From the NCBI GenBank assembly GCA_030141605.1, contig JAQGDQ010000019.1:62001-126000 (forward strand): a stretch of 64,000 nucleotides of DNA, given 5' to 3'. The notes beneath the pieces are model-generated. The model made no database searches, had not been told where the DNA came from, and saw nothing but the letters and a program-made list of their open reading frames with translations. Below, piece after piece: positions 27,491 to 40,011 of the stretch. How positions within the stretch are numbered: position 1 is the stretch's first letter; every line of letters starts with the position of its first letter. The stretch is from Tubiluchus corallicola (lineage: Eukaryota; Animalia; Priapulida). Both the position numbers and the translations under genes were made by a program.

Positions 27491-28316
27491 CTAATAATGG
27501 ACAACTTCATCGGTATTTGTACATAAGACTCAAGAAGTTGAAAAGACGATTTAACCAAAGCATGGCACTAATGTCAGAGCAACTATACAGTTATTACTAA
27601 GGTAAAGTTCTTCACGTGCCATGAAAGATGAAAATTGTCCTAACAATCCAGACACATCCTCGACCACAAACACCGTTTCAATACAAAATATTTTTGTGAG
27701 AACATGAACTCTTTAGCTATCTTGTAGGTCTGCGAAGGTGTGCCATATTTTAACAGTCAACAGACTCGGTATTTTTCAGTAAGAATTGTTGTCATCTGGC
27801 TATCTTGAGGCATTCTTGACAGCTAAAAATGTAAAGCAGAAAGTTTCTGACAAGTTAAATCCCAGCTCGGCGCCAAACCAATCTCCAAAAGCCGATACGT
27901 GACTGTCTTAACGACTGAATATCAATTTAGCGAACAGTTGACGATAAGGAAGTCGATGATTATTTGCATTAATGTAGAGTTCTACACGGTGTTTTGCCAC
28001 TATTGCGAGGCAAATTTTTAACATTTCATTGAAGGGGTCCGGTGTAAGTCAATTAATGTTGACCTGATATTTTGCAATTCGGTAAAATAAATAGCACTTG
28101 GACGACGGATTTTTAGCTAAGTGTAATGGAATGGATGCCAAACTATTTAAATAAATCTGAGATGATTGACACAATGGCAAAAAGTAGAAGTAAGTCAAGT
28201 AAGAGTGGATTTCAAGACACGAGCTTTATCAGTTATCAATCAGTTTCGCTAAAAAGAAGTTGGTCAGTTTGGTCATTGTAGACTAGCGATTAGCTGTTTT
28301 AAATACGTTAAAACTT

Positions 28317-28327
28317 GTGTGTGTGTG

Positions 28328-28359
<32 letters not shown>

Positions 28360-28385
28360 TGCGTGTGTGTGTGCGTGTGTGTGTA
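28317..28385. repeat. (GT)n/(GCGT)n microsatellite
   Basis: Directly visible. Confidence 0.97.
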
Positions 28386-31300
28386 TAAGTGCCTAGCAAA
28401 GGTAGGCAGAAACCGTTATAGCCAAGTGAATTTTGAAACCCGTTAGTATTTCTGGTGTGTGGCGCATTTTTAATGAATCGTTTTGAAGAACTGAGGAATT
28501 TTAGAATGACAAAATCAGCTTGCACCTGTAATAAAAGGATGAATGATTTCAGTTGTCCAATTAATATTGCAAACTACCAATTATATACATGGAAAATTAT
28601 AAAATTAAGACTTATAAGATAATAAAAAAAGGTGCTTGTGGTAACAGAGATTATAATGCATACTATATACTTTTCATTTCCTTTAAAAAATTATTCTCGA
28701 TGTATAAGATTTACGTTTCTGCTTTTCTCTTCTCGTCTTTCCAGGTAAGTAAGATGTCTTACTTGCATGTGAAATAAATATTCTTCGAATAATTCTAATT
28801 CTTAAAAATGTCAAAATGAACTACTGCTGCATTTTTATGTTTAAACTAGTAGGCGATGTTTTAGTCTTTACAACGGTTTTTTTTGCTTTGACAAAGTTTG
28901 ACTACTATATGCATGTATAAGGATACTTTCTCTAACAGGTTGTTGTAAATGGGAAAGCTAAATATTTCAAATGATCTACCGTCTTTGGGAACATTTAACG
29001 GCGCTGTTGGTTCTCGAAGCTTGATAGCTTGATCTTTAGTCTCTAGTGACAAAATTAAAATGCTTTTATCTATTCAATAATCAGAACTACAATAATTTAC
29101 GACAGATAACAGGGATGGTTTGTATTAATAAACGTTGTTTACAGCCATGCAGTGTGTATGCTGATGCAGAGTTTGGCTTTATTGAGATCACAATCATTAG
29201 GTTGAAAATTGAACTTATCAAGACTTTTGGAAGGAAAAACAATCATGTGATTTTAAAAAATATTTCCAAAAATCTTATTCTACGGCTTACGTCAGACGAT
29301 TCCATCTTGAGCGAGTGACACTACTACTATGCAAAATATCTACACAGGAATGATAAAAATCCCCACACTTCACAATAAACTTTAAATTACTCGAACACTG
29401 AGGTATTGCAGTTACTGATAGCAAAATACGAGAACTCCTTTTCAATCCAAGTCAAATGGTACGCGTAAGTTGCCGACGAGCACTTCGCGAATTAGATCAG
29501 AAATTGAGTTGACACTGTGATGCAGTTTCACTTATATTAAAAACATTATAAACCTATGTAAAAACTATATTAAGGAAAACGCGTTCCACTTCAGTAAATG
29601 TTGCATAATAATGAACAGCAGACGAATACAACGAATTCACGAAAATTCAACAGGAAGAATTACACAAAGTCAAAGTCAGAATACAACTAAGAATATTTAG
29701 TGCAAACACTATGATGCTTTTTATCTCTCTGGTTCTACGACGTTGCGTCTCTCGCAGCAGTTTACACATAAGGATATCTAAAGGAAGCCCACGAATCTTG
29801 ACGCATCAACTACACTGTTGATATTAAGCAGTGATGACAGATATACGGAAGTGTGGGTCCACTATACGAATTTACGTAACATTGTTTTCATGTTCTTTTC
29901 TCTAAAATAATTTCTTTTGCAGTTTTGATTAATTTACGTTTTACGAGAATATCGGCGCAGAGAAATTTTCGGGAAAAGTGAGCAACCTAGATCCGCTATT
30001 TTCCACCAGGGTTGCTATAACGGAAGCTTGGATAAACAGCATAATTCAACCTCTGTTTGGCTAGAAAAAGGCAAAATTTTGTAGTGCAACAAACTTTCGG
30101 GTTGCAGAAAAGCATAAAATTGTAATTCTAAAACTGCTGACTCGCTAGTTTAGAACACAAACGTTATTAACTACAGTATAAATAACAAGCTTGAAAATTT
30201 TGCACAAGCTGCATGGCGTATTTAGTTACTATAACAAGACAATTACGGTGTTGATTCACAAGAGATTCGCCACCTGATCTAAATTATTTATTAAACTTCT
30301 TAGTTAATATATCTATATCTTATACGTAACACAGTGCTTGCATGTTCGTAATACTACTTAATAAATAATAATGCACTGTATTATGCACAGCACATGGATC
30401 GGAAGTACGTGTTAATATGACGTCCAAACTTGCTCGCCGAAGTCCACAAATACCTATTCACCCTGAAAGTACATTATTCGCAAGTGCCGGGTTAAATTAA
30501 GCTGATGATGAAATAATCACCACTATGGTGAACACAAGAGAAAGAAGTATTGGCTTCTCGTAGTAAGCGAACAGTTTCAGCAATTTTTTATAATAGTTTA
30601 TTCATCCTTAAAGGTACTGAGTTTCATTACACAATACAGATGAAAAGTCCAACACCAAAAATATCAAAAAAGGGAGAAATCGCCCAAGTAGAAGCTAACC
30701 ACTAAAGAATCTAGCGTTTGCTGTGGTTTAGAACAAATTAGCGTCCTTTAACGCTGCAAGTCACACACAAAAAGACGGCAGTTTATGCAAGTCCTAAAGA
30801 GCATTTGGAGTAAAGCACTTCCTCCGACCGTCTTTTACGGCGGATTTCAAGGAAACTGCGCAGCAAATTTTATTCACAAGTACCTTCCCTGGATACTCGC
30901 GAAGTTTCAATCTCTTTTGCGTTCTCAGTCACGCTGTCTTAGCCACTACCGCACAAAACTTCAAATATGGCAATGTTTAATCAGATGTGCGCTCGGTATT
31001 TATGAATGGGATTAATACTGTATAGCACAAACACGCAGAAACACACGCCTTCCTCCAGGCTGTCTTATACATCGGAATGACCAGACTGGGCGGATTCAAT
31101 TCGATTTATTGCGCCGGAAACTATTGATTCACATAAAATAGCCGAGGGTTTGTCGATCCAAAATCTTCAGGCATATAAAACGAAAGACGATAAAATAGGA
31201 GAAGATTACGTAAATCATATGCGAATTTGCAATTACAAATCAGCCATATGATGGATAGATGCATATGTCAGTTACACAAGCAGACAGCAACAAGTATAAG

Positions 31301-31389
31301 AAAAGAAAGTTGATCGACGAAACATGGGTATAATTGAATCCTGGGTTTCTTGGTCTGAATATATTCGTGTACCTGACAATTAAATCTAG

Positions 31390-31669
31390 TGCCAACGCGT
31401 CCGCTTTCCGTCTGGGAGGTCGTGCGTTCGATACAGCGGACGGGTCACACCAAAAACTTTAAAAATGGTATCTGCTGTTGCCCTGCCAGGTGCGTGGTAT
31501 TTGGGGTAAAAGTGGGGTAATAATAATCTCTGTTATGCAGTTGTAGATGGTTATTTACATTCGGCCCAAAAGCTCTTTGGAGCTTATATTAATTGTTCAT
31601 TGTTAATTGTTAATTTTTCACACTAAAAGGTCACGTTAAATAAAGTTTATTATTATTTAATATTATTAT
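31390..31669 (+). mobile_element. tRNA-derived SINE with a Meta/MESC-like central domain
   Basis: B-box-like ggtcgtgcgttcgatac, then gggtcacaccaaaaactttaaaaatggtatctgctgttgccctgccagg (recalled Meta-SINE core), ending aataaagtttattattatt. Confidence 0.72.
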
Positions 31670-32769
31670 CCGACTTTGGCATTCTTACTTGCCTATCAGG
31701 CGTTTTTTTGTTTAATAAAATATGTTATTTCACACGTTTCCTTAAAGATATAATTTGTTTGCTAACTTTTTCGAATGTCCTATAGCTAACATGTTTGTTG
31801 CAGGATATTTATGATTTAGTTTTTTATGCAATATGGTGTTATTACGTTGTTTATTCCAAAATATTCGCACTTTTAAGAGCTTCAAATCGTATATAAATGT
31901 ATACATGTGTATAAATGTAGAAGACTTGTATATTGTAGTTTAGCAGGAATGAGAAAATACGGGTTTCTTCGACTCCTATTCTAAGCCAACTAAATATATG
32001 AAGAGAACAGCTGAGTAATTCGTTTGCTGCAGTTGGGCAAGGATGGGTGACCGCTGAGAGGACTGCTTCTGTGCACAACTTCATCCGTCAATGTGCTACG
32101 GGATAAAAATATCATATCTTAAAGGATTTTCCTTATGACTCAGTTTATGGAACCCGATGAAGGAAACACTCGTTAATATTGTAAATATTATTATTGTTAA
32201 TACACCTTGCTGTGCTTAACTGTCGATTTATTCTTAGAGAATTTTTTAAACAATCAAAAGTATTTCGGGTGTTCTAGCCTTCTGTCATTGGGTTCTTAAT
32301 CCCGGTTTGCAGTGTTGAAATGAAAATGAAAAGCGTGATGTTGTGCGTGTTAGAGTAAATACTTTTTTATACAGAACACCAATTTTTCACAAAATGATGC
32401 ACACAGTAAAAAATACATCAGTGTCCACGCATTATCACGGGAAAAGTTAAAACTACTATTTAGCAATTCCCGTTCGCCGAAGAAGACATGAATTATTATG
32501 ATTAAAATGCCCTATGTAATTAATGTTTTCTTTATGTTAAGGCAAAGTGGAGGAAATAATTTAAGGTCATTATATTGTGCTTATAAAACTGACGTACATA
32601 AATAAATGGTCAGAATACGCATGGTGCATTTACATATTACGCCTGTTAATGTAAATTAAGCAAGTGAATGCCAAGGACGCTTTCACACTGCGGTAACAAA
32701 GATACAGGAAGTTGTTTCACTTAAGATAGGTTTTTGCAAAAATGCTTAACTATATGCAACAAAAGTGGT

Positions 32770-33383
32770 TGAAATATGGGTGCGGTCAGAGGCGGAGGAG
32801 GGAGGCATTTCGGTAAGAGCGCCAACTTTGTATAAAGGGTGCCAAAAAGGAAGAAATGAAAAAGACAAAAATGAAATGGCATAAATAGCAAGGCAAAAAC
32901 CATACCATCTCAAAATTGCTTAAAAATGTCTTCAAAATGCTCTCAAATGCAGGAAAGGCTATTTGGACGATCGTGGCAGTTTTTTTATTTTGACTGCCAT
33001 CAAACAGGACTGTTGCTATGAATTACCATAGTGGTTCGGTCTAACAACAATATAGGGTCTGCAATACAGAATCTTTTTTCAAAAACTTAGTTTGCTAATG
33101 ACTGATGAGCTTTGTTGATAGTCGTCTATTAAAAATCTGAGACCTATTAATTTATTATACTACAAATTTGAGCAGTTTTTGATATCTAAAAAGGCCAATG
33201 TAGCCTAATTTAGATTTCATCTTAGGCCACTAAAATACCTTAAATGCAAGAAAATGCTTCCGTGAGCGGGTTCGGCTCCGGAACCCGTATAGGAGCTTAC
33301 AGGGCTTCGCTAGCTGGAAATTGAAGGTGGAGCGCTTCTACACTCTTTGCTCCCTCTGCGTAAAACCTTTAACAATGCCGCTG
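32770..33383. mobile_element. Degenerate GC-ended MITE relic
   Basis: aaaatgctctcaaatgcagg and aaatgcaagaaaatgc..ggctccggaacccg..ggagcttacagggc..ctagctg blocks resemble a widespread invertebrate MITE type; ends gccgctg. Left boundary unclear. Confidence 0.5.
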
Positions 33384-34864
33384 GGACGTGTAACAGCAAT
33401 GATCACAACCATTATTCATACGACAGCAGTGGATCTTATAGCATGTATTTCTTTTTAATTATAATATTTTACCTAACTATTATGACACGCTCATTTGATA
33501 ATTGCAAATTAATATTTTGTGTTAAGTTATAATTTTCCGTATATTGTAAAATAGTGTTGTTTTCGCAAAACAATTTTATTTTATTTTACCTTCCCGTGCA
33601 GACTCTTCCATAATTAAATGTCGATGATTTGTAAGTGTACAAAATGCTCTACATCAATGTCATATACTTTAGTTTGTCTAGCTTAGATAACATCTTTTAA
33701 AGTATAATACGTAATATGCGAGTAATCGTTTATTACAGACAATGCACAGATCATAGTGATTTTATTTTACCACCTATAATCACGTTGTTGTTACAATGGG
33801 ATCAAAGTCAGAAGCTAATTTCTCAGTATATCGTATACCAAGGGTACTAAATTTTTGAGAGCTGCAGGTGAAGCCAAACATATCACTGTATCTTAGGGAT
33901 TGTAAACTAATTAGTTGATCCCGTTTATGTCCATTAACTTAATTGGAATATCAATATCATTTTTTGCCTCTTTTTGTTTTTGCATGTGTTTCACTCAGTT
34001 ATTTTCTATATGTACAATAAACTTAATAATTTTGAGTAATAGGTAAGTAACAGAAAATACGATGTTGTAAATGCGCTGTATATTCAGGATGTTAATTATT
34101 ATAAAGAAAAATTTAAATGGATAAAAATAAAGAGTGAAGACACAGTGGAAAGTAGAGATGTGCTGGAAAGTGGAAACATTATGGAGAATGGAAACGTAAA
34201 AGTGTATGTTACTGTATTAATGCACAAGCAGACTTTTAGTCGGGTAAACCCCGTAAACAAGGTTCAATGTAAGATAAAGGGACATGTTCAGAAGGAATTT
34301 ATTTTTTTGTGTGGAGACGTTATGGCAATGTGGGTGCAGATACAAACAAAGGTATATAGCCCGATCGTGCAAGACAGCAGTAGCTAGGAATTTCAGCACT
34401 GATCCAGTCGAAAATTTAATTACATTTCCACAAAAAGTTTTGATCAAAGATGAAATTCTCCTCAAAAACGATTAAGCGACTTATGATGGTATTTTATTGC
34501 TTGCCGGTCAAAACTTCCCGGATTGGTAAAATGAAATACCAAAGCCGTCATTTCAGCTTGGAAAGAGTTTGGATAATATTTTGGCAATTTCAGATTCGGT
34601 TAAGATGCTATTAATGAAATTGCTTGTGCTGATAGCTTGCGGTGACATCATCAAAACCGTCGGAAAGTAAAATGGGAAATATCAACGCGTAGGATAAAAT
34701 GCATGTGGATAGCTGAGATAATTTGGTTTGATATGCAGTTCTAATGTTTGTGTTATTATGGCTTGACTTACGTTTTTTGTTAAAAAATGTGGACCTAAGC
34801 ATGTAGGTTGGCGAGCAAAGTGGGGAAAAATTGCAGGCGAAGGCAAAGTTGTATGCTGGCAAGT

Positions 34865-34867
<3 letters not shown>

Positions 34868-34924
<57 letters not shown>

Positions 34925-34945
34925 AAGAGAGCGAGAGAGAGGGGG
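34868..34945. repeat. (GA)n microsatellite
   Basis: Directly visible. Confidence 0.97.
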
Positions 34946-37900
34946 GGAGGAAGGGAGAGACAGGAGGCAGCAACATGTATATGTCACCATATGCGTACCC
35001 ATAATTGAACGTTCATCAGAGCGCCCATGACTATTTATGAGAAATGTCGTTAATTTCATTTAACCCACAAAATAATGTGTATGAATTTCCACAGTTTTAT
35101 TAAAAAATTGCAACTTTTTCCCCAAGCTTTGGTGCTTAATGCTTTGCTCATCGCAAAATTTCGTACTGTCTGGCTTAACGTCTATTTCGATAGCCGACTC
35201 ATTTTCTAGTGAAATACTTGCAATGCATTGCACTGAGTGTCACTTGCGATGCATTGCTTATATTGCAGGCGTGTAGAGCTGGAATATTAACAATCTGAAA
35301 TTGGTAAAAACTCAAAATTTATTCACTTTCGCTTTTTTCGCTTGACCAATAGTTTTTCCTCCTTCTAATTTTCCGCCCTAGGTATTGCCTAGTTCGCCAA
35401 TGCCTTGAGCCGGCCTTGACTATTTGACTTGACTTCGCTAATCAAACTATGCACGAAATTTTTTCTCTTGCTTCCGTAGCTATGAGATTTCTAATTCAAA
35501 CCGCTCTCTAAACAATCCAATTTGTTCCCTTTCCCTAATGACTTTCTCAGAAAAAAACAGCCACCATCCCATATGATTTCCATTTCTATGGAAAACTCTG
35601 ATAGTAGCCTGCCGGAAATGTACAGGTTGTACTGTTTTTCGCAACAGTTTTTCTTGTAACCTTGTCAAGGAGTATCATGTCAACCATTTTTGTATAATAA
35701 AATGTCCCTTCATCTTGTCCAGCACGCATTTATTGCAGTAGTTTCTTAAATAAACATCGTTAATTACACTATTAGTTTACAGCTTGTATTAATGCACCTT
35801 ATTGGTTTCTGTTATCCAGTGTACTAATTAAATTGCTTAATTACCACAATAATAATAATGAAAATGAGGAAAGGTCTTCATTTATTTATTAGTGTAGAAG
35901 TGAAATAGATGTTTTAAAAGCATATTAACGTATGTCAGTATATTCGCTTGCTATAATAACTTACTTTCGGATGCTGAGGGTTGTGAAGTACTAATGATAG
36001 GGCACAGACACAGATTTAACGTGTGCCTAGACAATCAGATGACTATAACTGTTAATTCTATAAACTGTTCAAGTCCAATCTAGCTCTACTCGTGTTGTGG
36101 TACTGATAGTGTTACTACATCTGAGTGCCATATGGCTCGTGCAGAGCAACTTATCGTAGAAAGATAATTGAACTTCACATTTTTAACCTGACGTAGTTCA
36201 ACAATTAGCATGTAAACTTTTGAAAATGTATTTATTTATTAGCTCACAAAAGTGCTAAATATTTGAACTTTGACATTTTCCGCACCAAGAATAACTAAGT
36301 ACAAGCTCATCAATGGAATGTCCGGAATAATTACGTACAACATCACTTTCGTAGAGGATACTTTTCTTTATCATGTGTTTAGCTTTTAAGAAACTCATTA
36401 GTTCGCTAATTTATGTACTTGGATATCGCTGTTTGACGAATACTGTGCCAATTAAGCATGCTTATTTTACGGACGTTTCGAAATTTAAAAATCTAAGAAG
36501 AAAAAAGTATTGTAAAAAGATCATTATTGTAATTTTTCTTAAAGAGTTGCAAAATCGGCTCAAAACAAGTATTGAGAAATGAGCTGCAAACGCAAAGTTG
36601 TTTAATTCCGTTCAGAAATTTGTATGTGAGTAGAAACGCTTTTCAAATCGCACCGAGAAGCCATATGATCATGAAGTGCGAAAGCTGAGTGTTTTCTACA
36701 TTCATTTTGAAGCCGTACAAGTCAGCGTTAACTCGGTGGCGCCACCATGTAAGAACAATTGCAAACAACCAACGGTCCGTATCTATATTAGAGATTATTC
36801 TTGTACAATCACAGGAGTAACATACTGGACGCTCGTGGCGCGACTGAGTGAAACCATGTGCAAGTCTCCCTTTTGAATTACAGACTGTTGAGTTGATATG
36901 GCAGTGTGTCACCTTGCGTCGCAAAGTATAATGAGTTTAAATGCGGTGTTAGAAAATTAAATTAAAGATTTTTTGTGGTAAATTGTAGATTGACAGTTCA
37001 GGCCATACTACATCTAAAGATTTCAAACATTTGCCTTTCGGTTTTTGTTTTCGTTGGTCTGCGCTTTTTAAACTTAAAAGATTTATAACTTTAATATTTC
37101 TAAGCTTTATTTGATATTGATTCTTGATATCAGCCCAGTATCACCATCATACATAATGTAAATCGGATCGCTTTGTGCCATGACTTATACAAATAACAAA
37201 GTAAATAGTTCACAAATACCGAGAATAAAGTTGTTCACATTACAGTGCTCTGTTACACCCCTTATTTCACTCCAGAAATATTTAAAAAGTTACTTCGATT
37301 ACATTACTTTACTGTGTAATGTATAATCTCTCACGATAAAAAGCATTTTCCCACTTCTTCAGCAAATCGTTATAATTTTATTATTAATATAAAATGTAAA
37401 CTTGGAAATACTTGGAATGTGCAAGTCTTACTCGAAATCGTTTTGTGATGAACTTCGATTAGGTGATCGTCAACATAGCGCATTAATACGTTTCTTTTTC
37501 CACTTTAAAAGCGATTTTCGCCCCTCTGACATTTCTACTGCTGTAGAAATAATAGGTTGTATTTTATCGCGGACTAATCTAATAATCGAGAATAAACCAT
37601 CTCCGAAGCTTACTAATATTTGAACATTTTAAGAATCGTATGATAACTAACCTAATCAGGCCACTAAATTAAATTTCAAAGAGGAACAAGTTTCTAACGA
37701 ATCCAACTAAAACGATTACATTGAGAAAGCATTAAGAATTTGCAGTTGATTTAGAAGAGCATCATAAAAAGACAACAAATTTGAAACCTAAACATATTAC
37801 AAAGCTAGTACAGTGTTTGGCTGTGGAGTTAAGGTACTAATCCACCTGAACAAAGACACAAATCCTTCAACTAGTGAAGACGATATTTGGCGGCATTAAC

Positions 37901-39811
37901 TATAAAAAGGGGTTTTATTAATGACTTCACACTGAATTAACGATAACAAATTGAATTAATTTATTTGCATGGTTTCACAAAATTTAATTCTTTTAAATTA
38001 TCGGGCATATTAACAGTGGCGCGCTGGGACGAAAGAAACGTAATAAGGTAGGATTTAAAATTGTAAAATTTTATTAAAATATATTCCAAAATTTACTAAA
38101 ATCATTAAAATTACTAGACTCGTTAAAACATCAAATTAACATTTGATTTAAATAATCCGTTTCATTTGTAGTTTAATTTAATAGTTTTTAATAAATCAAG
38201 TTGTTGTAGAAATGTGCGCCAAGCACTGTAGAGGCGAAATGAGAAACATGTTCAGCTACTTCAGCCGCGTCAGCACAGTTGCTGACGGCATATCAAAGGA
38301 AACGTTCTTGAGACACTCTTCCTACTGTCTTGTCACGTGCAACTATTCCATGTCTTTATTATATTAGTTGCACTATAGTTGTTATCTAGTTTTATAACAA
38401 AGAGCTATACGTTCACTGTCATAACACTTTGGTTTATGAATTGTTTTATTGAATAATAAGTAATAACGTAATTGATAATTACTATAATTAACTAAACAAA
38501 TAGACATTAATCAATAAAAAACGGCCTACACATAACTCATGTGACTCCAAGCGTTTGACATTTTAAACAGATCGTCCCAAACAAGATTAAGTAAGGAGCT
38601 ACAGTTAGAAAGGTAACATCACTACAGATTCAGAAAACATCATTTCTTATGTCAGTTTGTGAAAATGGAGTCTTCTGGACACAGCAGATGATGTAATCAG
38701 TGAACCAATTATGTGGTAAAAAACTCCAAAGATAAGAAGCCCGAGAAAAAACTAGATTTATAAGTAGCTGTCATGGATTTAGGAGTTTCCAAGGTAAAAT
38801 TATGGCCAGGAGATTATAATTCGTCTTTGCTTATTACCAAAGTAACATGATTACTACTATAATAGTCAGTTAAGAAGACGATGCAAATCTAAGTACCCAG
38901 ACAGTTCGATTTGATGACTTTCCTTTTTCCTTGTCAACCTTAATTGCCATCCATTGAATTCGCCAGGAATTACAGAGTTATCAGACTTGATGATAGGCAG
39001 TCAGACGTTATAATATCGGAGAAAGTTTCCCCAAGGTTCGATTTAGTTTTGCCAGTAGGAAGTGAACGTGACAGAAAAAAATCGGGGGCACGCCAGCGGT
39101 TAACTAGTTAAAATTATATAACAAGCCTTTGTATGTAGAATTACATCAAAATCACACACTTCTCACTTACGCTAGAACAATGCATATGAGATGTATTAAA
39201 GAATGTTTGGTTGAATAGAACTTGGTCGTTAGCGCGGCAACCTATTCAGTGATAATGATTGCAAGTCTTTCAGAATCACAGCCAATTTTCCCAGAACAGC
39301 CGAGAAAGAAGCAGTTGCTGCGTTTTTGTTAATGAATAAAAGGCTAGTTTTAATTTAGTACGAATGAAAGGAATTAAATAAATGGGAACTCATTCACCAG
39401 GGAAGTATGTATACTGTTAAGCTTGTAAAAGAAGAAGGATTATATAAAAAAAAACAGAAAGACAACACAGCGACTTTGCAAATGCAATGAGACACTGTAG
39501 GTGCTGGGTTTCCGAGTATGTGTAGTGAGCTGAGTCGAAAAAACGTAATGCACGTTTGGTGCAGACAAGAAGCATAACTACTTCTTGTTCTTGTAATGAG
39601 TTTGGTTTCGCAAGACAATTTCAAAACACTGGCACAGAGGTAAGTAGGAAAAATTATAATGACGCTCATGATGACGACAGCAATGACGACTATTACCGAT
39701 GTCCAACCACCACCAATCACCATGACTATATCTTTATAAAGACGAAGTTTATAGGTTAATCGTGGTTTTTGTTAAACACGTTACACTACATAATTTTTAT
39801 CAACTACTTAC

Positions 39812-40011
39812 CAAATCCAAGAATGTCTTCTCGGAGCATTGGGCGGCAAGTCTAGTCTCCACGACTGTTTCTGTGCCGTAGGAAAATCCGGGGTACTTCC
39901 GGCACTTCCGGATGTCGCCACTAAGCCCGGCAGGGTCAGTGAATTTCTATCTACTGTCACATTTATTTGAGGTACTTGAAAGAGAGGCACGCCGTCCATT
40001 TTGTAGGGCAT
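39812..40011 (-). CDS. PDE4: PDE4 alternative first coding exon (MPYKMDGVPLFQVPQINVTVDRNSLTLPG...DLPPNAPRRHSWI[C])
   Basis: ATG at 40011 (second ATG at 39999); 200 nt ending TG|gtaagt; splicing to 22684 gives RRHSWIC-FDVENG, the junction recalled for vertebrate PDE4D3/PDE4B4. Confidence 0.92.

Noticed and set aside
31390-31445. tRNA gene
   Set aside because: Only a degenerate B-box region with no cloverleaf; it is a SINE head.
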